From a bacterium (lineage in GTDB: Bacteria > Ratteibacteria > UBA8468 > B48-G9 > DTJG01): a stretch of 50,408 bases of DNA. Positions 38,073-47,253 of the stretch are shown here, piece after piece. Location of the stretch: NCBI GenBank assembly GCA_035392545.1, contig DAONMJ010000002.1, forward strand, positions 1-50,408. Direction: 5' to 3'. The stretch's first letter is position 1. Each line of letters begins with the position of its first letter. Under the pieces are notes generated by a model, which saw only the letters and a list, made by a program, of their open reading frames with translations, did no database searches and was not told where the DNA came from. A program made the translations under genes and the position numbers.

Positions 38073-38100
38073 ATTTTAACATTATATTTTTCCCTGTCAA
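38073..38100 (-). promoter_or_regulatory. Candidate promoter of the HTH-receiver gene: TTGACA (38100-38095), 16 nt spacer, TGt-TAAAAT (ends 38073)
   Basis: Minus-strand reading: cccTTGACAgggaaaaatataaTGtTAAAATtgtcagaaagggtaaaaaATG. Perfect -35 and extended -10. The short leader carries an AAGGG Shine-Dalgarno. Confidence 0.5.
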
Positions 38101-38146
38101 GGGATGGTTTTGCCACTTTACTACAAAATGTTTTATCAAAATAATT

Positions 38147-38168
38147 TTTGTGATACAATAATCACAAA
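38147..38168. promoter_or_regulatory. Perfect inverted repeat TTTGTGAT-acaata-ATCACAAA overlapping an extended -10 (TGaTACAAT, 38151-38159); candidate operator of the EF-G2-like operon
   Basis: 8-bp arms are exact reverse complements with a 6-bp spacer. The site lies 33 nt upstream of the EF-G-like start, and the best -10 in the region lies inside it. Confidence 0.45.
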
Positions 38169-38200
38169 GCAAATTCTCTGTTTCAATTTGATGGAGGTGA

Positions 38201-40216
38201 TTGGTGGCATCTGTTTATAACGTTGGATTATTTGGACACAGTCGTTCAGGCAAGACAATTCTTGCTGAAGCAGTACTGTTTAAGGCAGGTGCAATAGACA
38301 GGATGGGTGATATCAATCAGGGCAATACCACCATGGACTATGAGGAGGAAGAAAAACGAAGATTGATGAGTACCAATCTTGCTGTTGCGTATTTTCAGTG
38401 GAAAAAAATAACCTGTCATATGGTTGATTGTCCGGGTTATATGGACTTTATCGGAGAGCAGATTTCTTCTGCAGAGGCAGTGGATGTTGGTGTTATCAAT
38501 ATTGCTGCAGACGGTGGCATAGAAGTTGGTACAGAAAAGGCATGGGAGATGTTGAAAAGCAGGGGATTGCCAGTAATTATCTTTATCAACAAACTTGATG
38601 CAGAACAAGCGAATTTTCAATCAGTTTTGAAACAAATAAACGAATGGCTTGGTAAAAAGGCAGTATGCGTGACTGCTCCTGTGTTCGCTGGTAACAAAAT
38701 CCAATCTGTTGTGAATCTCCTTGACCCTTCAAACCAGGAAAAACAGGAGTTTCAAAATCTTGTGCAAAATCTCCTTGATTCAATCGCTGAGATTGATGAT
38801 ACCCTGATGGAAAAATATCTCGGTGGAGAACAACTTACAAAAGATGAAATCACATCCTCAATTAAAAAAGGAATTGTGGAAGGTTCTATAGTTCCTGTAT
38901 GTTGCGGGTCAGGGCTTAATCAGATAGGCGTGGACCACTTACTTGATTTCATTGTAAGTTATCTACCGCCAGTTTCTGAACTTTCTTCTTTGAAGGCGAA
39001 GAATCAAAAAGGAGAAGAGGTTGAAGTAAAACGAGGGGAAAGTGAACCTCTGTCGGGCATTGTTTTTAAAACCTACAATGACCCTTTTATGGGAAGAATT
39101 TCTTACCTGAAAGTTCGTTCAGGAACTCTGGTTTCAAATACAACTTTTTATAATGCAACACAGGGTTCAAAAGAAAGGGTGGGACAGCTTTTTAAACTGA
39201 GGGGCAAAAAACAGGAACTTATTGCTGAGGCGTTCTCAGGAGAAATTGTTGCAGTTGCAAAGTTAACCGGATTTAAAACCTTTGACACATTTTCTGACAG
39301 TGCCTTTCCTGTAATTTATCCTGTCCCTGCGATTCCAGAAGCAGCAGTATCTTTTTCTCTTGCTCCAAAAGTTAAAGGAACAGAAGACAAATTAGGTGCG
39401 GCGATTTCAAAAATTATGGACGAAGACCCAACCATCAAGGTTTTCAGAGATACAGAAACTAATGAAACCATTATTTCTGGAATGGGTGATGTACATCTTG
39501 ATGTTGTTATTGGTAAGTTCAAGGAAAAGTTCGGCGTTGAGGTGGTAAGAGGGACACCAAAAATTGCCTACAAGGAGACAATTACAACGACGGCTTCAGC
39601 AGAGGGCAAGCACAAAAAACAGACAGGTGGCAGAGGGCAATATGGGCATTGTTTCTTGAGGGTTGAACCTTTGCCCAGGGGTACGGGTTTTGAGTTTGTC
39701 GATGAGATTTTTGGTGGAGCGATTCCACGGCAGTATGTACCGTCTGTTGAAAAAGGTGTCAGGGAGGCAATGTCAAGGGGTGTGCTTGCTGGCTATCCGA
39801 TTGTTGATGTTAAGGTTACAGTGTATGATGGTTCTTATCATGTTGTGGATTCATCTGATATTGCGTTTCAACTCGCCGGGATACTGGCTCTTCAAAAAGC
39901 GGTTCAGGACGCAAGGCCAGTTCTTCTTGAACCCATCATGAATGTGGAGGTTTCTGTTCCCCAGGAATTTGTTGGGGATGTTATGGGAACAATCAATGCC
40001 AAAAGAGGTAGGGTACTTGAGATGACGACACATGGAAATAGTCAGGTAATCAGAGCCCAGGTTCCTCTTGCTGAAATGTCCAATTATGCAACTGAGTTAA
40101 GGTCTTTGACAAGCGGAAGAGGAACTTTTGCAATGAGTTTTTCTCACTATGAAGAGGTTCCGCCTCATTTAGCAGAGAAAATTATTGAGGCAAAAAAATC
40201 AAAATCAGAGGCCTGA
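38201..40216 (+). CDS. Elongation factor G paralogue (EF-G2-like translational GTPase)
   Basis: 671 aa with all five EF-G domains. G motifs are GHSRSGKT, DCPGYMDF and NKLD. The N-terminal pattern VGLFGHSRSGKTILAEAVLFKAGAIDRMG resembles Thermus EF-G-2-type paralogues rather than canonical FusA (AHIDAGKTT). It is not in an rpsL-rpsG-fusA-tuf context. GGAGG Shine-Dalgarno; TTG 38201 or GTG 38204 start. Confidence 0.85.
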   Translation: MVASVYNVGLFGHSRSGKTILAEAVLFKAGAIDRMGDINQGNTTMDYEEEEKRRLMSTNLAVAYFQWKKITCHMVDCPGYMDFIGEQISSAEAVDVGVINIAADGGIEVGTEKAWEMLKSRGLPVIIFINKLDAEQANFQSVLKQINEWLGKKAVCVTAPVFAGNKIQSVVNLLDPSNQEKQEFQNLVQNLLDSIAEIDDTLMEKYLGGEQLTKDEITSSIKKGIVEGSIVPVCCGSGLNQIGVDHLLDFIVSYLPPVSELSSLKAKNQKGEEVEVKRGESEPLSGIVFKTYNDPFMGRISYLKVRSGTLVSNTTFYNATQGSKERVGQLFKLRGKKQELIAEAFSGEIVAVAKLTGFKTFDTFSDSAFPVIYPVPAIPEAAVSFSLAPKVKGTEDKLGAAISKIMDEDPTIKVFRDTETNETIISGMGDVHLDVVIGKFKEKFGVEVVRGTPKIAYKETITTTASAEGKHKKQTGGRGQYGHCFLRVEPLPRGTGFEFVDEIFGGAIPRQYVPSVEKGVREAMSRGVLAGYPIVDVKVTVYDGSYHVVDSSDIAFQLAGILALQKAVQDARPVLLEPIMNVEVSVPQEFVGDVMGTINAKRGRVLEMTTHGNSQVIRAQVPLAEMSNYATELRSLTSGRGTFAMSFSHYEEVPPHLAEKIIEAKKSKSEA

Positions 40217-40217
40217 T

Positions 40218-40760
40218 ATGGTGAGGGTAGTTGTGGAAAACATTGTTCTTAATATCGCAACAAGCACGCCGATTGTGATTCTTAAGGACACAGAGACAGG
40301 AGGTATTCTTCCTATTGTTATCGGTTTATTTGAAGCACAGGCAATTCTTTTGATACTTGAAAAAGAGGAATTTTCAAGGCCTCTGACTCACGATCTTCTG
40401 AAATCAGTGATAGAACACATGAATGGAAAAATTATGAAACTTGAAATACATTCTTTGAGAGAAAACACATATTATGCCAACCTTATCATTGAATCAGACA
40501 AAGGGCAGATAAAGGTGGATTGCAGGCCGAGCGATGGTATTGCTATTGCTTTAAGGGCATCTGCGCCGATATTTGCTTCAGAGAATTTGATTGAATCGCC
40601 TGATGTTATAAAATATTATACAGGAAAAGAATCTTTAAAAGCAGCATCTTCTGATAGACCCATAAACCAGAAGGAAGCAGAAGAATTTAGAAAATATCTT
40701 GAGCATTTGAATGCCCAGGATTTCTGGAAGAAATTAAAAGAAGAAACAGGAGAACCTTGA
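40218..40760 (+). CDS. Bifunctional nuclease (BFN/DUF151) domain protein with a UVR-like C-terminal tail
   Basis: Blocks LPIVIGLFEAQAI, RPLTHDLL, DCRPSDGIAIALR and PIFASENL are typical of BFN. ATG 40218 lies 1 nt after the EF-G-like TGA; the track ORF opens earlier, at 40185. Confidence 0.85.
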   Translation: MVRVVVENIVLNIATSTPIVILKDTETGGILPIVIGLFEAQAILLILEKEEFSRPLTHDLLKSVIEHMNGKIMKLEIHSLRENTYYANLIIESDKGQIKVDCRPSDGIAIALRASAPIFASENLIESPDVIKYYTGKESLKAASSDRPINQKEAEEFRKYLEHLNAQDFWKKLKEETGEP

Positions 40761-40775
40761 AAGGAGGTTTGTACT

Positions 40776-41525
40776 ATGTCAGGACATAATAAATGGGCGA
40801 GTATCAAACATAAAAAAATGGCTACGGATGCAAGAAGGGGAAAGATGTTTACCAAAATTATCCGTGAAATCATGATGGCTGCTAAACTGGGTGGAGGAAA
40901 TCCTGATAGCAATCCACATCTCCGGATGGCGATTGAACGGGCTAAAAATATCAATATGCCGAATGATAACATTCAGAGGGCAATTAAAAAGGGTACCGGT
41001 GAAGAAGGTGGTGTGATGCTGGAATCAGTTGGTTACGAAGGATATGGTCCTGGTGGGGTTGCTATTCTTGTAGAAACATTAACTGATAATAAACGCAGGA
41101 CGGCTGCTGAAATTCGTTCAATATTCTCCCGTCACAGTGGAAATCTTGGAGAAAGTGGTTGCGTATCGTGGATGTTTGAGAGAAAAGGTGTTGTGACATT
41201 AAAGAATAAAGAAATAGATGAAGAAAAACTCCTTTCTCTCGTTCTTGATGCAGGCGCGGAAGACCTGAAACTTGACAACGATGTATTTGAAATTGTGTGT
41301 GCTCCTGATAAACTTGAATCTGTGAAGAAAATCCTTGAAGAAAACAAAATTTCTACAGAAAGTGCTTCTGTCAATCTGATTCCGAAAAATACCGTCAGGG
41401 TAGAAGGAAAAGAAGCAGAGCAACTGTTGAAACTGCTTGATGAACTTGAAGAACATGACGATGTTCAGAATGTTCACTCAAATTTTGATATTCCTGACGC
41501 ATTGATCGAGGCGATGTCCCGTTGA
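40776..41525 (+). CDS. yebC: YebC/PmpR-family transcriptional regulator
   Basis: 249 aa. MSGHNKWASIKHKK, ARRGKMFTKI and YEGYGPGGVAILVE. Confidence 0.93.
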   Translation: MSGHNKWASIKHKKMATDARRGKMFTKIIREIMMAAKLGGGNPDSNPHLRMAIERAKNINMPNDNIQRAIKKGTGEEGGVMLESVGYEGYGPGGVAILVETLTDNKRRTAAEIRSIFSRHSGNLGESGCVSWMFERKGVVTLKNKEIDEEKLLSLVLDAGAEDLKLDNDVFEIVCAPDKLESVKKILEENKISTESASVNLIPKNTVRVEGKEAEQLLKLLDELEEHDDVQNVHSNFDIPDALIEAMSR

Positions 41526-42031
41526 AAGTGAACAATAGCATCACTGTGATGGGCGTGGATCCCGGTCTCAACAGTTTTGGATACGGGATAATTTCTGAAG
41601 ATACAAGAGCACTTCATCCTTTGAAATATGGGCAACACTCTGTTCCAAAGGGAGTTTCTTTCAATGATAAGCTTGTTTATATCGGAGATACCTTTTCTTC
41701 AATTATTGATGAAATTAGACCTGATTTTATAGCGATAGAAAAGATTTATGTGGCTAAAAATACTCAAATTGCCCTGTCAATAGGAATTGTTTCAGGAATT
41801 ATCGCACACACTGGTATTTCAAAAGGGGTACAGGTTGCATTTATTACACCAGGCGAAATTAAAAAAATTATTACAGGTTCTGGTCAGGCAATCAAACAAC
41901 AGGTTTGTTTCATGGTTCAAAAATTACTTGGTTTGAAAGAAGATCCGGGTGAGCATGCAATTGATGCCCTTGCAACAGCCATCTGTTTTATTTCCATAAA
42001 CAGGTTCAATAATCTGGTGGGTAAACTATGA
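41522..42031 (+). CDS. ruvC: Holliday junction resolvase RuvC
   Basis: 169 aa. MGVDPGLNSFGYGII (catalytic Asp), EKIYVAKN and a C-terminal HAIDALA block. The start is uncertain: TTG 41522 overlaps the yebC stop, and an internal ATG lies at 41549. Confidence 0.88.
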   Translation: MKVNNSITVMGVDPGLNSFGYGIISEDTRALHPLKYGQHSVPKGVSFNDKLVYIGDTFSSIIDEIRPDFIAIEKIYVAKNTQIALSIGIVSGIIAHTGISKGVQVAFITPGEIKKIITGSGQAIKQQVCFMVQKLLGLKEDPGEHAIDALATAICFISINRFNNLVGKL

Positions 42032-42609
42032 TCTGTTCAGTGGAAGGCAAGCTTGTTAATAAAACACCGATGGAGATTGTTGTAGATGTTTCAGGTATTG
42101 GTTATGTTATAAAAGTACCACTATCAACTTCCAGCGTTCTTCCAGACCAGGGTTCTGTGGTCAGGCTTTTTACCACCCTCATGATCAGGGAAGAAAATAT
42201 AGAACTCTATGGATTTGCAACAGAAAAAGAATGGAAAATTTTTCAGAAAATGATTCTGCTCCCGGGTGTTGGTCCAAAGATGGCATTGAGGATACTTTCA
42301 AGATTGAGTCCTGATGAAATTCTCAACGCAGTAATATCTCAGGATATTGATTTTCTCAAAAGGACACCAGGTATTGGCAAAAAAACAGCGGAGCGACTTG
42401 TCATGGAATTGAAGCATCACATAGAAGGTATTGAATTTGTTTCTGAAGAACTTTCAGGAGATTTCATTCCTGAAGCGATTGAAGCGTTGACAGTTCTTGG
42501 CTACAAGAGAAACGATGCGCAACAGATTGTGAGAAAGACCGCAAAAGAAATTGAGAAGAAACCTGAAAGCCTTGAAATGTTTCTCAAGGAAATTCTGAAG
42601 CGGATGTAA
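42028..42609 (+). CDS. ruvA: Holliday junction branch migration protein RuvA
   Basis: 193 aa. OB domain, HhH pair (LPGVGPKMALRIL, TPGIGKKTAERL) and C-terminal domain III. Confidence 0.92.
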   Translation: MICSVEGKLVNKTPMEIVVDVSGIGYVIKVPLSTSSVLPDQGSVVRLFTTLMIREENIELYGFATEKEWKIFQKMILLPGVGPKMALRILSRLSPDEILNAVISQDIDFLKRTPGIGKKTAERLVMELKHHIEGIEFVSEELSGDFIPEAIEALTVLGYKRNDAQQIVRKTAKEIEKKPESLEMFLKEILKRM

Positions 42610-42610
42610 C

Positions 42611-43633
42611 ATGGAAGAAAGAATCACTTCGCCTGTACCAACCAGCGAGGACCTCAAATACGAGAGTTCCTTAAGGCCAAAGACCTTTGAAGAGTTTGTA
42701 GGTCAGGAAAGGGTTAAGGAAAATCTCTCCATTTTTATTCAATCGGCAAAAATGAGAAAGGATGTTCTTGACCATGTTTTGCTCTATGGACCTCCAGGAC
42801 TTGGTAAGACGACTCTTGCTTATGTGATATCAAATGATCTGGGGGTCAATATTCGTGCAAGTTCTGGACCTGTTCTTGAAAAGGCAGGAGATCTTGCAGG
42901 AATTCTTACAAATCTTGATAGCGGGGATATTTTTTTCGTTGACGAAATTCATCGTTTACCCAGACAGGTGGAAGAATACCTGTACAGTGCAATGGAGGAT
43001 TTTACAATTGATATCATGCTTGGAGAAGGACCCAAGGCGAAGAGTGTCAAAATTCCACTCAAGCCATTTACTCTTATTGGAGCAACAACAAGAATTGGAC
43101 TGTTGACATCTCCTCTTCGCAATCGTTTTGGTATCATTCACAGATTAGATTACTATTCAATTGAAGAACTTACCAGTATTATTTTAAGATCCTGTAGATT
43201 GTTGAACTTCAAAATTAGCGAAGATGGTGCAAAAGAAATTGCGAGAAGGTCACGCGCCACACCAAGAATTGCCAACAGGCTTTTGAGAAGAGTGCGGGAT
43301 TATGCACTGGTAAAGGGTAAACAATGTATTGATGGAGAAATTGCTGCATATGCCTTGAACCAGATGGCAGTTGACCAGCAAGGACTTGACGACATGGACA
43401 AAAGAATTCTTGAAACCATTATTGAAAAATTTAATGGTGGTCCTGTTGGTATCAAAAGTCTGGCGATTGCTGTTGGAGAAGAACCTGACACAATCGAAGA
43501 AGTTTATGAGTCATATCTTGTGAAGGAAGGTTTTATCAGCAGAACTCCGCAGGGCAGGGTGGCAAACGAAAAGTCATACCAGCATTTGAATATCAGGACA
43601 AAAAAACCGCCAGGATTATTTTCAGATGCTTGA
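42611..43633 (+). CDS. ruvB: Holliday junction DNA helicase RuvB
   Basis: 340 aa. LRPKTFEEFVGQ, Walker A GPPGLGKTT, Walker B FVDEIHR and sensor regions. Confidence 0.97.
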   Translation: MEERITSPVPTSEDLKYESSLRPKTFEEFVGQERVKENLSIFIQSAKMRKDVLDHVLLYGPPGLGKTTLAYVISNDLGVNIRASSGPVLEKAGDLAGILTNLDSGDIFFVDEIHRLPRQVEEYLYSAMEDFTIDIMLGEGPKAKSVKIPLKPFTLIGATTRIGLLTSPLRNRFGIIHRLDYYSIEELTSIILRSCRLLNFKISEDGAKEIARRSRATPRIANRLLRRVRDYALVKGKQCIDGEIAAYALNQMAVDQQGLDDMDKRILETIIEKFNGGPVGIKSLAIAVGEEPDTIEEVYESYLVKEGFISRTPQGRVANEKSYQHLNIRTKKPPGLFSDA

Positions 43634-44342
43634 AATAAAAAATATCAGTAAGAGATTCGGGAAAAGGCAAATTATCAGAGATGTTTCCCTTCAACTTAAA
43701 AAGGGTGAAATTGTGGGACTACTGGGTCCCAACGGCGCCGGGAAAACCACAACATTTAACATTACCATGGGTTTTTTGCTTCCCGATAATGGACAGATTT
43801 ATTTGAATAACACGGAAATTTCTCGACTTCCTGTTTTTCAGAGGGCAAAGCTTGGAATGGCATACCTTTTTCAGGAACCAGCAATTTTTCATAGATTGAC
43901 TGTGATTGAAAATCTTGTCATTATCCTTGAAAACTTTGTTGACAATCGCGAAAAACAGAGAGAGACAGCAATAGAATTGTTGAAAAAAATGGGGATAGAG
44001 CATCTTTCAGACAACATCGCAGGGACTCTTTCAGGTGGAGAAAAGAGGCGGCTTGAAATAGCAAGAAGCCTTATTAATAATCCTGATTTTATTCTTCTTG
44101 ATGAACCATTTTCCGGTATCGATCCAAAAACTGTTTCAGAAATCAAGTCCATGATTCTTGATTTAAAAAAAGACGGTGTGGGCATTCTTATTACTGACCA
44201 CAATGTAAGGGATGCTCTCAGCATCACCGATAGGGCATATTTGATTTATGATGGTGCTATTTTAATAGAGGGAAAACCACAGGAAATTCTGAACGATTTT
44301 AGAAGTCGTCAGGTTTACTTCGGCGAGGAGTTTCGATTATGA
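43626..44342 (+). CDS. lptB: LPS export ABC transporter ATP-binding protein
   Basis: 238 aa. GPNGAGKTT, LSGGEKRRLEIAR and LLDEPFSGIDP, plus the LptB-typical length and C terminus (VYFGEEFRL). Confidence 0.85.
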   Translation: MLEIKNISKRFGKRQIIRDVSLQLKKGEIVGLLGPNGAGKTTTFNITMGFLLPDNGQIYLNNTEISRLPVFQRAKLGMAYLFQEPAIFHRLTVIENLVIILENFVDNREKQRETAIELLKKMGIEHLSDNIAGTLSGGEKRRLEIARSLINNPDFILLDEPFSGIDPKTVSEIKSMILDLKKDGVGILITDHNVRDALSITDRAYLIYDGAILIEGKPQEILNDFRSRQVYFGEEFRL

Positions 44343-45028
44343 GGCAGATTCCGGTGCATGTTGCGATTATTATGGATGGAAATGGCAGATGGGCTCAGGC
44401 AAAGGGATTACCGAGAATAGCAGGACATAAGGAGGGAGTTTCTACTGTGAGAAGGGTTGTGAAAGTTGCAACGGATACAGGCGTCAAATATATTACTCTT
44501 TTTTCTTTTTCCACAGAAAACTGGAAAAGACCACCTGGAGAGGTGGAATTTCTTTTTTCTCTGATGGAATCAACACTGACCCAGGAAATGAAAGAATTGC
44601 ATGATAAAAATATCAGGGTGAGATTTATAGGAAGAATCTGGATGCTACCTGAAAGATTGCAAAAGATTATCAGGGATACAGAAAATTTGACCACGAATAA
44701 CACAGGATTGAATCTGACGTTTGCTGTTAACTATGGAGGCAGGCAGGAGATTATTGACGCTTTCAAAAAGGCTGTAAATTCTAGCTATTCTGTTGATAAA
44801 CTTGACGAAATTTCATTACAGGAATTTTTTTATTGCCCAGAATTACCTGATGTTGACCTTGTTATAAGAACAGCTGGAGAACAAAGATTGAGTAATTTTT
44901 TGATATGGCAGGCGATATATGCGGAATTTTATTTTACAGAAATACTGTGGCCTGATTTTTCAGAAGAAGATTTTAGAAAGGCACTGGATGAGTTTGCGAA
45001 AAGAAAACGGAAATTTGGTGGGTTATGA
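44339..45028 (+). CDS. uppS: Undecaprenyl diphosphate synthase
   Basis: 229 aa. HVAIIMDGNGRWA, FSTENWKRP and RTAGEQRLSNFLIWQ. Confidence 0.95.
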   Translation: MRQIPVHVAIIMDGNGRWAQAKGLPRIAGHKEGVSTVRRVVKVATDTGVKYITLFSFSTENWKRPPGEVEFLFSLMESTLTQEMKELHDKNIRVRFIGRIWMLPERLQKIIRDTENLTTNNTGLNLTFAVNYGGRQEIIDAFKKAVNSSYSVDKLDEISLQEFFYCPELPDVDLVIRTAGEQRLSNFLIWQAIYAEFYFTEILWPDFSEEDFRKALDEFAKRKRKFGGL

Positions 45029-46158
45029 AAAATGTGGTGATATGTGGTTCAACAGGTTTTATTGGAAGGGCAACGCTTGATATCATTCAAAGGCATCCTC
45101 AACGATTTCGGGTTTTTGGTCTTGCGGCGCATACGCAAAAAGATTTATTGATAAAACAAATTCAGAAATTCAAACCACGTTTTGTTGTTTTTACCGGTCA
45201 GCATGAGAAGCTTCTGGAAATAGAAGGAACCGAGTATTTTTATGGACAGGAAGGTCTTGAATTGCTTGCAACCCATCCAGAGACAGATATTTTGGTTATG
45301 GCAATTTCTGGACTTGGTGGGCTTGTCAGTACTTTGAAGGCGCTGGACGCTGGAAAGGTCATTGCGCTTGCGACAAAGGAAATTATTGTCTGCGCGGGGC
45401 ATTTGCTGGACGGAAGGGCTGGTAAAATTCTCCCTGTGGACAGCGAGCACAATGCAATTTTTCAGATTGTTGACAGAGAAAAATCAGGTGTCTCTGGCAT
45501 AGTGCTTACTGCATCAGGAGGACCCTTCCTTAATTATGAGGGGAGCCTCTCCATGGTAACAGTAAAACAGGTACTTAACCATCCTGTCTGGAAGATGGGA
45601 CAGAGAATTACAGTTGATTCAGCAACATTGATGAACAAGGGGCTCGAATTTATAGAGGCATTTTATTTATTTGGAATAAACAGGGAAAATATCAGCGTGG
45701 TTTTACATCCCCAGGCGATTATTCATGGCTTTGTAAAGTTCTGCGATGGATTTGTAAAGGCGGTAATATCAATTCCTGACATGAAATATTCAATCAATTA
45801 TTGTTTGAATTATCCTGAAAGGATTTACGCGGGACTTCCTGAACTTGATATTGAAAGGATGGGTACGTTTACTTTTCAACCGGTGAAACCAAAAATGTTC
45901 CCATGTTTTGATCTTGCAATTGAATCATTGAGAAAAGGTGGGTCATATCTAACTGTGTTGAATGCCGCTGATGAAGAATCTGTACGACTTTTTTTGGATG
46001 GTAAAATAAAATTTGATGCTATCCCTTATTTAATTGAAAAAGCCATGGAAAAACATACACCTGTTCTGTTAGAAAAACCACAGGATATTCTGGAACTGGA
46101 TAGAAATATCAGAATGGAAGTAAAGCATTTTTCAGAAAACAGCAGATTCAGTATTTGA
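45025..46158 (+). CDS. dxr: 1-deoxy-D-xylulose 5-phosphate reductoisomerase
   Basis: 377 aa. GSTGFIGRATLD, LATKE, PVDSEHNAIFQ, LTASGGPF and NHPVWKMGQRITVDSATLMNKGLE. Confidence 0.95.
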   Translation: MKNVVICGSTGFIGRATLDIIQRHPQRFRVFGLAAHTQKDLLIKQIQKFKPRFVVFTGQHEKLLEIEGTEYFYGQEGLELLATHPETDILVMAISGLGGLVSTLKALDAGKVIALATKEIIVCAGHLLDGRAGKILPVDSEHNAIFQIVDREKSGVSGIVLTASGGPFLNYEGSLSMVTVKQVLNHPVWKMGQRITVDSATLMNKGLEFIEAFYLFGINRENISVVLHPQAIIHGFVKFCDGFVKAVISIPDMKYSINYCLNYPERIYAGLPELDIERMGTFTFQPVKPKMFPCFDLAIESLRKGGSYLTVLNAADEESVRLFLDGKIKFDAIPYLIEKAMEKHTPVLLEKPQDILELDRNIRMEVKHFSENSRFSI

Positions 46159-46185
46159 AAACATATATGTTTCTAAGGAGGATAA

Positions 46186-47253
46186 ATGTTTGTAATCGGG
46201 ATACTCGTTGTATTTGGTGTGGTGATTCTTATTCATGAGTATGGCCATTTCTGGGTTGCAAAAAAACTTGGGGTAAAGGTAGAAAAATTCTCACTTGGTT
46301 TTGGTCCCAAAATTTTTTCCTGGAAAAAAAATGAAACTGAGTATTTGATATCACTGATACCGTTTGGAGGGTACGTGAAGATGGCAGGTGAAGATGCAGT
46401 GGAAAGCAAATTTCCTGATGAGTACGCTGCGTTACCACCAGGGAAAAGGGCATTAATTGTTGCATCAGGTGCCATTCATAATATTTTGATTGCATATGTT
46501 TTCTTGATACCTGTGTTGATGCTTGGAATTTCAAGGTATGACGGAACAATAATAGGCGGGTTGCAGAAGGGATTTCCTGCCGAAATCGCAGGATTGAAGG
46601 TTGGAGATAGAGTTATTTCAGTGAATGATATTGCCTGCAAGGAATGGTTTGATGTTGTGAAAAATGTTACAGAACAGGCAAATCTTGCTCCTGAAAAACC
46701 GATTATAATGGAAATTCAAAGAGATTCAAAAATATTGGATGTGTCTGTGGTGGCAAAATTGATGGAAAAAGACAGGTCAATGTTCAAAGGAAAGAAAAGA
46801 TATGTGATTGGCATCATGCCAAAAGAAATGATTGTTAGTTACAATTTCTTTCAGGCAATTGGTGAAGCGGGTAAAGAATATGTGAGAATGTTCAGGGTTA
46901 TTTTAATTAGTTTCAAACTTCTTTTTACAGGACAGGTTTCCTTTCAAGAGCTGTCGGGTCCTGTTGGTATCAGCAGGATGACAATAGATATTATTAAGGC
47001 AGGGATAGCGAGTTTTCTTTATTTTATTGCTTTCATTAACATCAATCTCGGGCTTGTCAATCTCTTTCCATTTTTTGTTCTTGACGGCGGACATCTTGTT
47101 GGTCTGCTTGGAGAAAAACTGATGAGACGAAAACCGAGCAAAAAACTGCTTGAAATTGGACAGATCGCTGGTTTTGCTTTTCTTGTTGTCATGATTGTTC
47201 TTGTCACATATAACGACATTTTAAGGATTCTGACTGAACGAGTATCAAAATGA
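46186..47253 (+). CDS. rseP: RIP site-2 metalloprotease RseP family (one PDZ domain)
   Basis: 355 aa. HEYGHF zinc motif in TM1, a PDZ region (GLKVGDRVISVND) and a C-terminal LFPFFVLDGGH motif. Confidence 0.88.
   Translation: MFVIGILVVFGVVILIHEYGHFWVAKKLGVKVEKFSLGFGPKIFSWKKNETEYLISLIPFGGYVKMAGEDAVESKFPDEYAALPPGKRALIVASGAIHNILIAYVFLIPVLMLGISRYDGTIIGGLQKGFPAEIAGLKVGDRVISVNDIACKEWFDVVKNVTEQANLAPEKPIIMEIQRDSKILDVSVVAKLMEKDRSMFKGKKRYVIGIMPKEMIVSYNFFQAIGEAGKEYVRMFRVILISFKLLFTGQVSFQELSGPVGISRMTIDIIKAGIASFLYFIAFININLGLVNLFPFFVLDGGHLVGLLGEKLMRRKPSKKLLEIGQIAGFAFLVVMIVLVTYNDILRILTERVSK

Noticed and set aside
38091-38105. Inverted repeat TCCCT-gtca-AGGGA in the divergent region
   Set aside because: It is short, and its loop and stem contain the TTGACA -35 of the HTH-receiver promoter. 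It is more simply explained as part of that promoter than as a separate element.
38147-38168. Reading the palindrome as a CRP/FNR site or as an SOS (LexA) box, because ruvCAB lie downstream
   Set aside because: CRP-type sites are TGTGA-N6-TCACA, but here the spacing is N8. FNR is TTGAT-N4-ATCAA. Neither CTGT-N8-ACAG, GAAC-N4-GTTC nor the other LexA motifs I know fit. It is kept only as an unassigned operator candidate.
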